A model generated the notes under the pieces. That model saw only the letters and a program-made list of their open reading frames with translations. It had not been told where the DNA came from and did no database searches. A DNA stretch of 64,000 nucleotides from Methanobacteriota archaeon (GTDB lineage Archaea; Thermoplasmatota; E2; JACPAO01; JAHWKR01): assembly GCA_019347805.1 (NCBI GenBank), contig JAHWKR010000003.1, positions 1-64,000 of the forward strand. Direction: 5' to 3'. Below, one piece after another: positions 8,510 through 17,391 of the stretch. The position numbers and the translations under genes are program-made. Numbering within the stretch: position 1 is the first letter of the stretch; the number at the start of each line of letters is the position of its first letter.

Positions 8510-9369
8510 CACAACACCCCCCACTCGCTCGCCGCGGCGACGGCCGCGAGGAGCACGAAGCCGGTGTAGCCGTTGAACGTGAAGGCGGCGCGGTTCACCG
8601 AAGCGGGATCGGTCGGCACCAGGGTGGCATGCTCGTAGAGGAGCAGAAGGCTGACCCCGGCGAGGCCGACCCAATACCAGGCGCCGAGCCCGGCGATGAA
8701 ACCGACCGCCGCGAAACAGCCGGCGGTGGCGATGTGGAAAAGCGACGAGACGACGAGCGCGGTCCGTTCGCCGAGGTCGGCGGGGATGCTGTGGACGCCG
8801 TTCGCGCGGTCGAAAGGGACGTCGAGGAGCGCGTAGATGATATCGAACCCGGCGACCCAGAACATGACGCCGAAAGCCAGCAACAAAGGCACCGTCATCT
8901 CGACCCACCCACCCGTCACGGCAAGCCACGCGCCGACCGGCGCGATGCCGAGCGAGACACCGAGGACGATGTGGCAGGCCCAGGTGAACCGCTTGGTGTA
9001 GGGGTAGAGCAGGAAGACCGCGAGCGGGATGGGCGACAGACGGAACACGTAGGGATTGATGAGGTGGGTGCTCGTGAAATAGAGCAGGGCGAAACCGACC
9101 GTGAGACCCCAGGCGACGGCCAATCCCAATCGCCCGGATGGCAGTTCGCGTCCTGCGGTGCGCGGGTTGCGCGCGTCGATCGCGCGGTCGACGATGCGGT
9201 TGAGGCTCATCGCCGTCCCGCGGGCGCCGACCGCCGTGAGGGTCACAAGGAGCGCGAGCGACCAGGTCGCCTGCCCCGGGGCGAGCAGGATGCCGATGTA
9301 GACGAACGGGAGCGCGAAGACCGAGTGCTCGACGCGGATGTAGCGCAGGACGTCACGCAGGGTCGCCAT
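8509..9369 (-). CDS. UbiA-family aromatic prenyltransferase (4-hydroxybenzoate polyprenyltransferase / MqnP-like)
   Basis: About 9 TM helices. UbiA motifs: NRIVDRAIDARNPRTAGRELPSG (first Asp-rich motif) and a second motif near DVPFDRANGVHS. Confidence 0.85.
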   Translation of the reverse strand: MATLRDVLRYIRVEHSVFALPFVYIGILLAPGQATWSLALLVTLTAVGARGTAMSLNRIVDRAIDARNPRTAGRELPSGRLGLAVAWGLTVGFALLYFTSTHLINPYVFRLSPIPLAVFLLYPYTKRFTWACHIVLGVSLGIAPVGAWLAVTGGWVEMTVPLLLAFGVMFWVAGFDIIYALLDVPFDRANGVHSIPADLGERTALVVSSLFHIATAGCFAAVGFIAGLGAWYWVGLAGVSLLLLYEHATLVPTDPASVNRAAFTFNGYTGFVLLAAVAAASEWGVL

Positions 9370-9424
9370 GGGGACGAGGGGACGACGAGGCTCTGGCGCT
9401 GATAAGGGCGTCGGTGGACGGCGA

Positions 9425-10648
9425 CTATTCCGTGCCGGTCTCGCTCTCCTGGGTGGGCAGGTCCTTGGCGGTCAGCTCGTACTGGACCTCCTTGATGGCC
9501 GTGAGGACCGCCACGACGCCTCCGAAGAAAGCTGCCGGGGCGACCGTGATCTTCCACTCGCCGGGCACGGCTGGCTCATCGTAGAAGTTGATCGTGTAGA
9601 GGGCCGGATCGAATCCACCCGCGTCCCGACAATAGGCCGGGTCGTCGTGGGCGTGGCTGTAGTCGGTCTTCTTGTTGGCCGGGTCGATGAGACTCACGTG
9701 CGACTGACCGCCGCAGGCGACCGGCACGATGACGCCTTTCAGGTAGGTGGCGTCCTCGGGGACGGTGAATTGGCGCACCGGCGGCGTCGGTGTCACGACG
9801 TTCTGTTGGAAGGCCGCCTGGAAGATGAAACCGGTCGGGAAGAGCTCCGCCTCCACCCCGCCGACCGACTCGTCGACGTAGTAGGGGCCGACATACCCGC
9901 TCGACCGGCCCATGCTCATGGCATGGAAGATGACGTCCTCGGAGACGTCCGTCGTCAGGTCGTAGATCCAGAAGTGGCTGAACCAGCCCACCGCGGGGAC
10001 GTAGTTGTAGCGCAGGAGTTCTTCCCCTTCCGCGGTGACACCGGTGATGACAAAACCGGGGAAATCCCCTTTCTCTGTATCGATCTTCGACGCGTAGGCC
10101 GCCGTCAGCGTGAATTCGTAGTTGAGGATGCCGTTGTCGTTCCAGTTGAAGAGGAAATCGAGCTTGCCGTCCCAGGTCTTCCCGTCGGTGAGGGGGAAGT
10201 CGTACATCCAGTCCCAGTCGGTATCGAACGCCGAGGTCTGCAGATGCTCCTTCTCGATACAGCCGAGGATGGGCAGGTCGAAGACCACCTCGAACTTGGC
10301 GGCGTTCTGGCTCGTCGTGGCGACCGTGTAGCAATCGCCGCCGTCATCGACGACCATGGTGACGATGTGCTCGCCGTTCTGATCGGCGTTGCCGTAGTAG
10401 ATGTGCTGCTCGAAGACGTCACCGACCTCCCATGTCGGGGCAGGGAGTTCGTCCTCGGCGGTCAGGTCGGTACGGAGGTCACGGCCGGTCTCATCGAGGA
10501 CCGCCTTGGCGCCGCAGACATCGGTGGCGACGCACTTGTCGGCCTGGGCCTTCACCTCGTCCATCGGCGCGTCCTCTTCACCGACGCAGCCGGAGAGGGC
10601 GACAAGGGCCAGGACGAGGACGGCCAAGAGAGGGCGCACGCGGGACAT
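9425..10648 (-). CDS. secreted lipoprotein, hypothetical
   Basis: Internal start MSRVRPLLAVLVLALVALSGC (lipobox LSGC) at ATG 10648. Mature protein is acidic and Asp/Trp/Tyr-rich with two Cys pairs. Confidence 0.55.
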   Translation of the reverse strand: MSRVRPLLAVLVLALVALSGCVGEEDAPMDEVKAQADKCVATDVCGAKAVLDETGRDLRTDLTAEDELPAPTWEVGDVFEQHIYYGNADQNGEHIVTMVVDDGGDCYTVATTSQNAAKFEVVFDLPILGCIEKEHLQTSAFDTDWDWMYDFPLTDGKTWDGKLDFLFNWNDNGILNYEFTLTAAYASKIDTEKGDFPGFVITGVTAEGEELLRYNYVPAVGWFSHFWIYDLTTDVSEDVIFHAMSMGRSSGYVGPYYVDESVGGVEAELFPTGFIFQAAFQQNVVTPTPPVRQFTVPEDATYLKGVIVPVACGGQSHVSLIDPANKKTDYSHAHDDPAYCRDAGGFDPALYTINFYDEPAVPGEWKITVAPAAFFGGVVAVLTAIKEVQYELTAKDLPTQESETGTE

Positions 10649-11064
10649 AGGGCGCGAAGGGAGGACGGTAGGAGAAAAGCGTTGTGCCTGGACAGAAGTA
10701 CAGGGCAGCGGGTCTGCGGGAGGTGAATGGATGGCGCCCATGCTCGGGACGAACGGTTCAGAGGTCATTGCCGTCGTGGGTCTCTGCCGGCCAAAGTCAG
10801 GTCCATAAGGGCGCGCCAGAGAGGACTGAACGTCTTCCCGCACCTCGTCGCCGACCGACACCAGGGACGCGATGCTTCCGGACTCCCATTACCATCGGCC
10901 GTGCGTGGACTCCCGCGACCAGTCTGCGGAGCGACGCTGCAAAGGTTTTTGAATAGCTGAGAACACCAGGGTGCGCCGATAGTCCACCCGGGTGGTCGCA
11001 TGGTGTGCACGTTCAGACGCAAGGCCATAGAGGTCGTTCCGGACAGGTCGCCGGGGGTCGTCTG

Positions 11065-12660
11065 ATGCCGCCCATCACCTCTAGGGGGTCTCTGACCGTC
11101 TGCGGCATCGTCCTTGTGATGCTCATCGCCGGTTGCACATCGCCCGCGGCCAAGCCCTCTGCACCACCCGGTCAGGACGCGCCTCTCGATTGGGTCGAGC
11201 GCGCCCTTCCTAACGGCGACAACCACGATCACCTCGACCACACGCATCACGTCGGTCTCTCGACACCCAACTTCGAGATCCTCGGCTGGGATCCTCTCCT
11301 CACCGATCACATGAGCGCCCAGGCGGGCGGATACGAGTGCGGCGACCTGGCGACGAAGGACGGTCGCACGCTCGCGGTGGTGCATTCTTTCACCAGCGAC
11401 GTCGCTTTCGTGCTCATGGATGTGACAGAGCCGACCAAGCCCGAAAAGATCGGTGAGCTCGTCATGGAGAACACGCATGTCTACGATGTCGTGATGACGC
11501 CAGACCAGAAGTACGTCCTCCTCGCGACGAGCCCCCTGGGCCAAGTGGACGACGGCACCCTATTCCGTAGGCCGATCGAGACGGGGTACACCGCGCGTGC
11601 TTCTTTCGTTGACGCGTGCACGGGAACCACCCGCCCCGTCGGCGGCCCGGCGGCCGCCCTGCCGTACCACTCTGGTGTGGTCCTCGTCGACATCAGCGAT
11701 CCGGGGACACCCGCCATCACGGACTTCCGGCCGCTCCCCCTCCTGGGCGGCCACAGCATCGTCGTCCGGGATTTGGGCGGCGAAACGATCGCGCTTGTCT
11801 CGGTCTCGAGCGGGGATCCGGTGACGAACTACTACGCCTTCCTCGGCATCCAGGCCACAGCGCTCGGTGATCGGCTGGAGACCTACTCGATCTACGAGAC
11901 CGACCCTGTGGTCGAACCCTTGGACGGCATCCCCTATGTCACCGGCAGGCCCTATGGCCACGAGGGATCCCTGCACGTCCATCCGGGGACCGGCGGTCAC
12001 ATCGCATACCTGGCCGACGGCACGTACGGGGTCACGCTCCTCGACATCACAGATCCGCGCGAACCCCATGCCATCGGCCACTGGAACGACGCTACCGAGA
12101 TTGCGAACCCGGACCCCTCGGAACACTTCGCCCACACAGTCCTCCCCATCGACACCCTGTGGGACGGCCGCCATTACTCGTTCGTGAGCGAGGAATGCAC
12201 CGCCAGGCCCTCCGAGACGCCCTCGTGCCTGGTCTACGTGCTCGATACGACGGACCCCGCCGCTCCAAAGCTCACGGGCGCGTGGACGCTCCCCACCGAG
12301 GTCGGCGGCTGGACATGGCCCACGTTCAGCCCGCACTACATGGCGGTCATCGACCGCACGCTCTTCGTCGCGCACTTCCACGCCGGCCTCTGGGCGTTCG
12401 ACGTGTCGAGCGCGGAAGCCATCGCCGACCTTACTCCCGTGGGCGTCTTCCTCCCCGAGCATGACACCGGCTACGAGCCTTCCGGGCGGTTGTTCGAGGA
12501 GGTCAACCAGCGCCCGCTCGTTGCTGACGTGCTCCCGTACGGTGAGAACCTCGTCACCTTCGATGCCACATCAGGTGTCTATGTCCTCCGCTTCGACCCC
12601 ACGAGGCCCGCGCCCGCTCCGGAGCCGTGGCCGCTGAGGATTCCCGACGCCAGAACATAA
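11065..12660 (+). CDS. LVIVD-repeat beta-propeller lipoprotein (paralog 1)
   Basis: Signal plus lipobox MLIAGC. Repeated blades of the form ...VxLVDISDPxxP..., VTLLDITDPREP, VYVLDTTDPAAP, GVYVLRFDP are characteristic of LVIVD repeats. Start ATG at 11065. Confidence 0.6.
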   Translation: MPPITSRGSLTVCGIVLVMLIAGCTSPAAKPSAPPGQDAPLDWVERALPNGDNHDHLDHTHHVGLSTPNFEILGWDPLLTDHMSAQAGGYECGDLATKDGRTLAVVHSFTSDVAFVLMDVTEPTKPEKIGELVMENTHVYDVVMTPDQKYVLLATSPLGQVDDGTLFRRPIETGYTARASFVDACTGTTRPVGGPAAALPYHSGVVLVDISDPGTPAITDFRPLPLLGGHSIVVRDLGGETIALVSVSSGDPVTNYYAFLGIQATALGDRLETYSIYETDPVVEPLDGIPYVTGRPYGHEGSLHVHPGTGGHIAYLADGTYGVTLLDITDPREPHAIGHWNDATEIANPDPSEHFAHTVLPIDTLWDGRHYSFVSEECTARPSETPSCLVYVLDTTDPAAPKLTGAWTLPTEVGGWTWPTFSPHYMAVIDRTLFVAHFHAGLWAFDVSSAEAIADLTPVGVFLPEHDTGYEPSGRLFEEVNQRPLVADVLPYGENLVTFDATSGVYVLRFDPTRPAPAPEPWPLRIPDART

Positions 12661-12682
12661 CGGACCGATCGGAGGACCTTGC

Positions 12683-14092
12683 ATGAACACGGCACGCCAA
12701 CTCCTGACCATCCTCATCCTCGGCGTGCTCTTCGCCGGCTGCCTATCTCCGGACAACACTCCACCTGACGACGACCCGGAACCGGCCGTCGACCCCCTCG
12801 ACCTCCTCGAATCCGCCTTGGCCGACGGGCATGACCACAGCGAGGTCGCGCTCCATCCGGAGGTCGCTTCCGGCTTCGAGGAAGTGACCCGCCTCTCGCT
12901 TGACGGAGACGGCGCGCAGCGGGTCCCGATCCTTGAGATGGACGCGACGCCAGGATTGGCGTTCGTGGCGACGCAGCGACCACATCCCGGATTCATCGTG
13001 CTCGACACCTCTTCACCGCGGGACCCGGAACAGATCGGCCGCTATTCGGCCGGCACCCCTTACGTCGCCGACGTGAAGACGACCCCCGACGGCCGATGGG
13101 TGTTCGTGGCGACCCAGCCGGAGACACTCTTCGCGACCGTGTTCGGCAAGCCCGGTGCCCCGACCCCGACGCCTGGAGAACCGGCGCCCTACGCGGGCGA
13201 TGTGGGCATCCACATCGTGGATACGAGCGACCCGACGGCGCCGAGCTTCGCCGGTCTATACGCGGGCGACGCGACCGGGTACCACATGCTGACCCTGACC
13301 GAGATCAGCGGTGCGACCTATGTCATGGGCACGACGTTGTTCGCGGGACACGTGGACATCCTCCGGTTCGAGACCACGCCAACGCCCCATCTGGTCCCGG
13401 TGTCGACGTTCCATCCGGCCGTCCATGACGCCGCCCTGACCGCCGAGAGCGCCGGACGCTCCTATATTCCGGAAGCCCATGATATGACCGTGGCGCCCGA
13501 CCCGCTGGAGGGGTTCCCCCTTTTGTCTGTGGCCCATGGTTCGTTCGGGCTGTTCTTCCTGGACCTAAGCGATCCGTCGGCGCCACGATATCTCGGTGGC
13601 TGGAACGACGGCCCGGGTGGCCCGTACGGCATCATGTTCGCCCATACCGTCCGCGTCGTGGAGGTCGAAGGGACGCGCGTCGCCTTCGTGGCCTCCGAGG
13701 CCCTGTCGCACGACAGACAAGCGCCGGCCTGGGTCGTGGACGTCACCGAATTCAATGCGCCCAAGCTGCTCCACACGTGGACGCTCCCGGGTGAGCACCC
13801 CATCACGGAACATTACCTCTACAGCACCCACAACATAGAGATCGTCGACGGTCGCGTGTACATGGCACATTACCATGCGGGCCTCCTGGTACTGGACATC
13901 TCGACGCGGGAGCGGGCCGCGGCGCCGGTCCTGGAGGCGTTCATCGTCCCCGGCGGCGTCGAGACCGTCCCGTTCTTCGCCATCGACTACAGTCCGATGG
14001 TGTTCGATGTCTTCCCGGTCGGGGACGTGTTCTACGTCACCGATGTCACAGGTGGGCTACGGGTCGTGGCTCGGACGGAGGCGGTGGGGTGA
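12683..14092 (+). CDS. LVIVD-repeat beta-propeller lipoprotein (paralog 2)
   Basis: Lipobox LFAGC. Repeats IVLDTSSPRDP, HIVDTSDPTAP, FFLDLSDPSAP, LVLDISTRE. Lies 23 bp downstream of paralog 1. Confidence 0.6.
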   Translation: MNTARQLLTILILGVLFAGCLSPDNTPPDDDPEPAVDPLDLLESALADGHDHSEVALHPEVASGFEEVTRLSLDGDGAQRVPILEMDATPGLAFVATQRPHPGFIVLDTSSPRDPEQIGRYSAGTPYVADVKTTPDGRWVFVATQPETLFATVFGKPGAPTPTPGEPAPYAGDVGIHIVDTSDPTAPSFAGLYAGDATGYHMLTLTEISGATYVMGTTLFAGHVDILRFETTPTPHLVPVSTFHPAVHDAALTAESAGRSYIPEAHDMTVAPDPLEGFPLLSVAHGSFGLFFLDLSDPSAPRYLGGWNDGPGGPYGIMFAHTVRVVEVEGTRVAFVASEALSHDRQAPAWVVDVTEFNAPKLLHTWTLPGEHPITEHYLYSTHNIEIVDGRVYMAHYHAGLLVLDISTRERAAAPVLEAFIVPGGVETVPFFAIDYSPMVFDVFPVGDVFYVTDVTGGLRVVARTEAVG

Positions 14093-15594
14093 TCGGCAGC
14101 CACTCCTCACCCCACCTCCTCATCTGCTTGCTCATGCTTGTCGTCGCCTTGGCGGGTTGCAATGCACCTGCGGAGAAACGGGACGCACCCGAAGTACCTG
14201 ACAAGGTCCTGCCTCCCGGCTGCGATCCTGAACACGCGGCGGTCCCGCACCTCGCGGACGGTCGCGTCGCGACCTCCGAGGTCGTCGTCATCCCATGCCT
14301 CCTCCGGCTCGGCGCGCGCTCCTTCGAGCCAACGATCGGCATCGCCTCCGATGGTTCGGTCTTCGTCTACCCGGTGCGGCATCCCTTCCCGGGCGAGACC
14401 GCACGCATGGCCCGAAGCACCGACGAAGGCGCGACATGGGAGATCCTGACCCCCAACACCAACGAAATTCCGACCCATCCGTACTCACTCGACCCATATC
14501 TCTACCTCGACCCGACGACGGATCGTATCTTCGCTGACGACCTGATGATGGCGCCTCCGACGTGCGGGATGATGTCCATATCCGACGACGACGGAACCAC
14601 CTGGAAGCATGGCCCGTCAGGCTGTGCGATCACCGACCACGTCACGATCTTCGCCGGTGTACCGACCGTGTCCACGACCTCTGACTATCCGAACGTCGTC
14701 TACCGCTGCGGGAACTCCGGCGGCGGATTGAACCGGTACTCGACGATGGTGTCCTGTCAACGCTCCCTCGACGGCGGCACGACCTGGATGCCGCCAGGTG
14801 AACCTGTTTTCACTTTCGGACCGGGATTGACGGGCAGGCTTCCGGAGGCTTCACCGATCGCTTCGTGCACAGGCGGCATCGGCCACGGTGCGACCGGCGC
14901 CTCCGGCACCGTGTTCATCCCGCGTGGTCACTGCGGCCAGCCTTGGCTCGCCATCTCGGACGACGAGGGCGCCACTTGGGAGCGCGTCCAGGTCTCCGAG
15001 CTCGGCTCGAGATGCACCCCGTTCGAAGGGCCCGGTGGTGATTGCGACCACGATGCCGCGGTCGCGGTAGATGCGGCAGGGAACGTCTTCTTCGCCTGGA
15101 TCACGGCCGAACGCTGGCTCGCCCTCACGCACTCGACAGACGGAGGCCATACTTGGAGCCCGGCTCAAAACATCACCGCACCCGGCGTGGAGGAAGCGGC
15201 CTTCGTCGAGCTTGCAGCAGGGACCGGCGGAAGGATCGCTGTCGCGTACCTCGGCACGGCCGACAGCCCACGACCGGACTTCGAACTTGACGCGTACGCC
15301 ACGACGGCATGGGACGGCTACCTCGCACTCAGCCACGACGCTCTGGCGGAAGTCCCTCTCTTCCACTCGGCGCGCCTCAACCCCATCGATGACCCGCTCA
15401 TCCGGGGTGACTGTGGACCAGGAGCTTGCGGCCGGCTCGGCGACTTCATCGACATCCGGATCGCGCCCGACGGCGCCCCTTGGGCGCCCTTCGTGGACGC
15501 TTGTTTCGAGGAATGCCGCGCCGGTGGGCCGCAGGACGGGAACGAGGGGCTCGTCGGGAGGTTGTGGGGTGGGCCAAGCCTCCGGCGGGTGTAG
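14089..15594 (+). CDS. BNR/Asp-box repeat lipoprotein (sialidase-fold beta-propeller)
   Basis: GTG start overlaps the upstream stop (GTGA). Lipobox ALAGC. Five Asp-box motifs SxDxGxTW: STDEGATW, SDDDGTTW, SLDGGTTW, SDDEGATW, STDGGHTW. Confidence 0.6.
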   Translation: MIGSHSSPHLLICLLMLVVALAGCNAPAEKRDAPEVPDKVLPPGCDPEHAAVPHLADGRVATSEVVVIPCLLRLGARSFEPTIGIASDGSVFVYPVRHPFPGETARMARSTDEGATWEILTPNTNEIPTHPYSLDPYLYLDPTTDRIFADDLMMAPPTCGMMSISDDDGTTWKHGPSGCAITDHVTIFAGVPTVSTTSDYPNVVYRCGNSGGGLNRYSTMVSCQRSLDGGTTWMPPGEPVFTFGPGLTGRLPEASPIASCTGGIGHGATGASGTVFIPRGHCGQPWLAISDDEGATWERVQVSELGSRCTPFEGPGGDCDHDAAVAVDAAGNVFFAWITAERWLALTHSTDGGHTWSPAQNITAPGVEEAAFVELAAGTGGRIAVAYLGTADSPRPDFELDAYATTAWDGYLALSHDALAEVPLFHSARLNPIDDPLIRGDCGPGACGRLGDFIDIRIAPDGAPWAPFVDACFEECRAGGPQDGNEGLVGRLWGGPSLRRV

Positions 15595-15698
15595 CGGAAT
15601 CGGGTTGCCTCCCAGGGCGCCAGTAGGGCCACGGGGCGTATACCTCAAAGCGCTTCTATCCGTTCTCGTTCTCTCGTGCGCCGTTGGCGTCCCGGGAC

Positions 15699-17192
15699 TT
15701 ACGGCCAGAACTTGCTCTTCTTCTCGGGGTATGCCCCCAACCCGAAGTCCTGCCACCGCGCCTTCACCTTCTCCCGTGTGCCGTCGTCCATGGCGATGAC
15801 ATCGGGCCATGGGCGTGGATGCCCTTCCTCGGGCCATTTGGTGGTGGCGTCGATGCCGATCTTCCCGCCGACGCGGTGCAACGGAGAGGCGTGTTCCAGG
15901 TCGTCGACGGGGAAGCCGTCCAAGAGGACGACGTCGCGGGCGGGGTCGTAGCAGTGCGAGGCCACCCACATGACCATCGACGGGTCGTGCACGTCGACCC
16001 AGTCGTCGACGACGACGATCATCTTGGTGAACATCATCTGGCCGGTGCCCCAGATGCTCTGCATGATCTTCTTCGCCTGCCCGGGGTAGCGTTTCTTGAT
16101 GCTGATGATCATGAGGTTGTGGAAGCCGCCCTCGATGGGCATGTTCATGTCCACGACCTCGGGTTGGGTGAACTTGAGAAGCGGCAGGAAGAGGCGTTCG
16201 ATGGATTTGCCCCACCAGGCGTCCTCTTGCGGCGGGACGCCCACGATCGTGGTGGGATAGATCGGGTCGTTCCGCATCGTCACGGCGGAGCAGTGGAAGA
16301 CGGGATATTCGTCGGCCAATGAATAGTATCCCGTGTGGTCGCCGAACGGACCCTCGGTGCGCAGCTCGCCGGGGATGACGTGGCCTTCAAGCACGATCTC
16401 GGCGTCGGCGGGGACCTCGAGCGGCACCGTCTTGCATTTGACGAGCGGCAACCGTTTCTTCCTCAGGAAGCCGGCGAAGATGTATTCGTCCAATCCCTCC
16501 GGCAGGGGGCATCCGGCCGCGAACATCGTGGCGGGGTCGCCGCCGAACGCCACCGCGACCGGCAAGGGCTTCACGTCTTTGCCGGCCTGGGCGGCCTCCC
16601 AAAGATGCTTGGCGCCGCCCTTGTGGAGGTGCCAGTGCATGCCGGTGGTTTTCTTGTCGTAGACCTGCATGCGGTAGAGTCCCACGTTGCGGTCGCCGCT
16701 TTTCGGGTCTCGGGTGACCACTTGCGGGAGCGTGATGAAGCGTCCGGCGTCCTGCGGCCAGCACTTCAACACCGGGAGTCGGGTGAGGTCGACGTCGTCG
16801 CCTTCCAGGACCACTTCCTGGCACGATGCCTTGCGCACCGTCTTGGGGGGGAACGACAGCACCTCCTTGACGACGGCGAGTTTCCCGACCGCCTCCTTGA
16901 AAGACTTGGGCGGCTTGGTCTTGACGAGCGAGACGAGATGCTCGCCGATGCCCTCGATGTCCTCCGTCCCCAAAGCCAGCTGCATGCGCTTCGGCGAACC
17001 GAACGTGTTGATGAGGACGGGGATCTCCGAGCCCCTGACGTTCTCGAAAAGCAGCGCCGGCCCGCGCGCCTTGGTCACGCGGTCGGTGATCTCGGCGATC
17101 TCCAACACCGGGTCGACCTCCGCCTGGACGCGGACGAGCTCACCGTTCTCTTCGAGGACGCGGATGAAATCCCGGAGGTCCGAATAGGCCAT
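15699..17192 (-). CDS. ubiD: UbiD-family decarboxylase (prFMN-dependent; MqnM/UbiD-like)
   Basis: 497 aa, ATG at 17192: MAYSDLRDFIRVLEENGELVRV...GPALLFENVRGS...NVGLYRMQV...GGKIGIDAT. Full-length UbiD architecture. Confidence 0.9.
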   Translation of the reverse strand: MAYSDLRDFIRVLEENGELVRVQAEVDPVLEIAEITDRVTKARGPALLFENVRGSEIPVLINTFGSPKRMQLALGTEDIEGIGEHLVSLVKTKPPKSFKEAVGKLAVVKEVLSFPPKTVRKASCQEVVLEGDDVDLTRLPVLKCWPQDAGRFITLPQVVTRDPKSGDRNVGLYRMQVYDKKTTGMHWHLHKGGAKHLWEAAQAGKDVKPLPVAVAFGGDPATMFAAGCPLPEGLDEYIFAGFLRKKRLPLVKCKTVPLEVPADAEIVLEGHVIPGELRTEGPFGDHTGYYSLADEYPVFHCSAVTMRNDPIYPTTIVGVPPQEDAWWGKSIERLFLPLLKFTQPEVVDMNMPIEGGFHNLMIISIKKRYPGQAKKIMQSIWGTGQMMFTKMIVVVDDWVDVHDPSMVMWVASHCYDPARDVVLLDGFPVDDLEHASPLHRVGGKIGIDATTKWPEEGHPRPWPDVIAMDDGTREKVKARWQDFGLGAYPEKKSKFWP

Positions 17193-17391
17193 GGGCAGGG
17201 CGCGCGACAGGTCGGCTCGTTAAATAGCTTGGTGGGGCTGAGACCATCCCTCTTCAGGACGGGGTGTTTCTCGTGGCCAAGCGGCGCCGGCTCGGGGTGA
17301 TAAGCACGTGGGGTCCTTCGGCCCCCGGCCGCTATCCGATTGACGAACCCTTATAGTACCTCCTGGGGAGAAGGTCACGTTGGACGGATAG

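Noticed and set aside
9368-10726. 452-aa plus-strand ORF antisense to the lipoprotein gene 9425..10648
   Set aside because: Low-complexity Gly/Arg/Val-rich translation; the minus strand has a signal peptide, lipobox and coherent composition.
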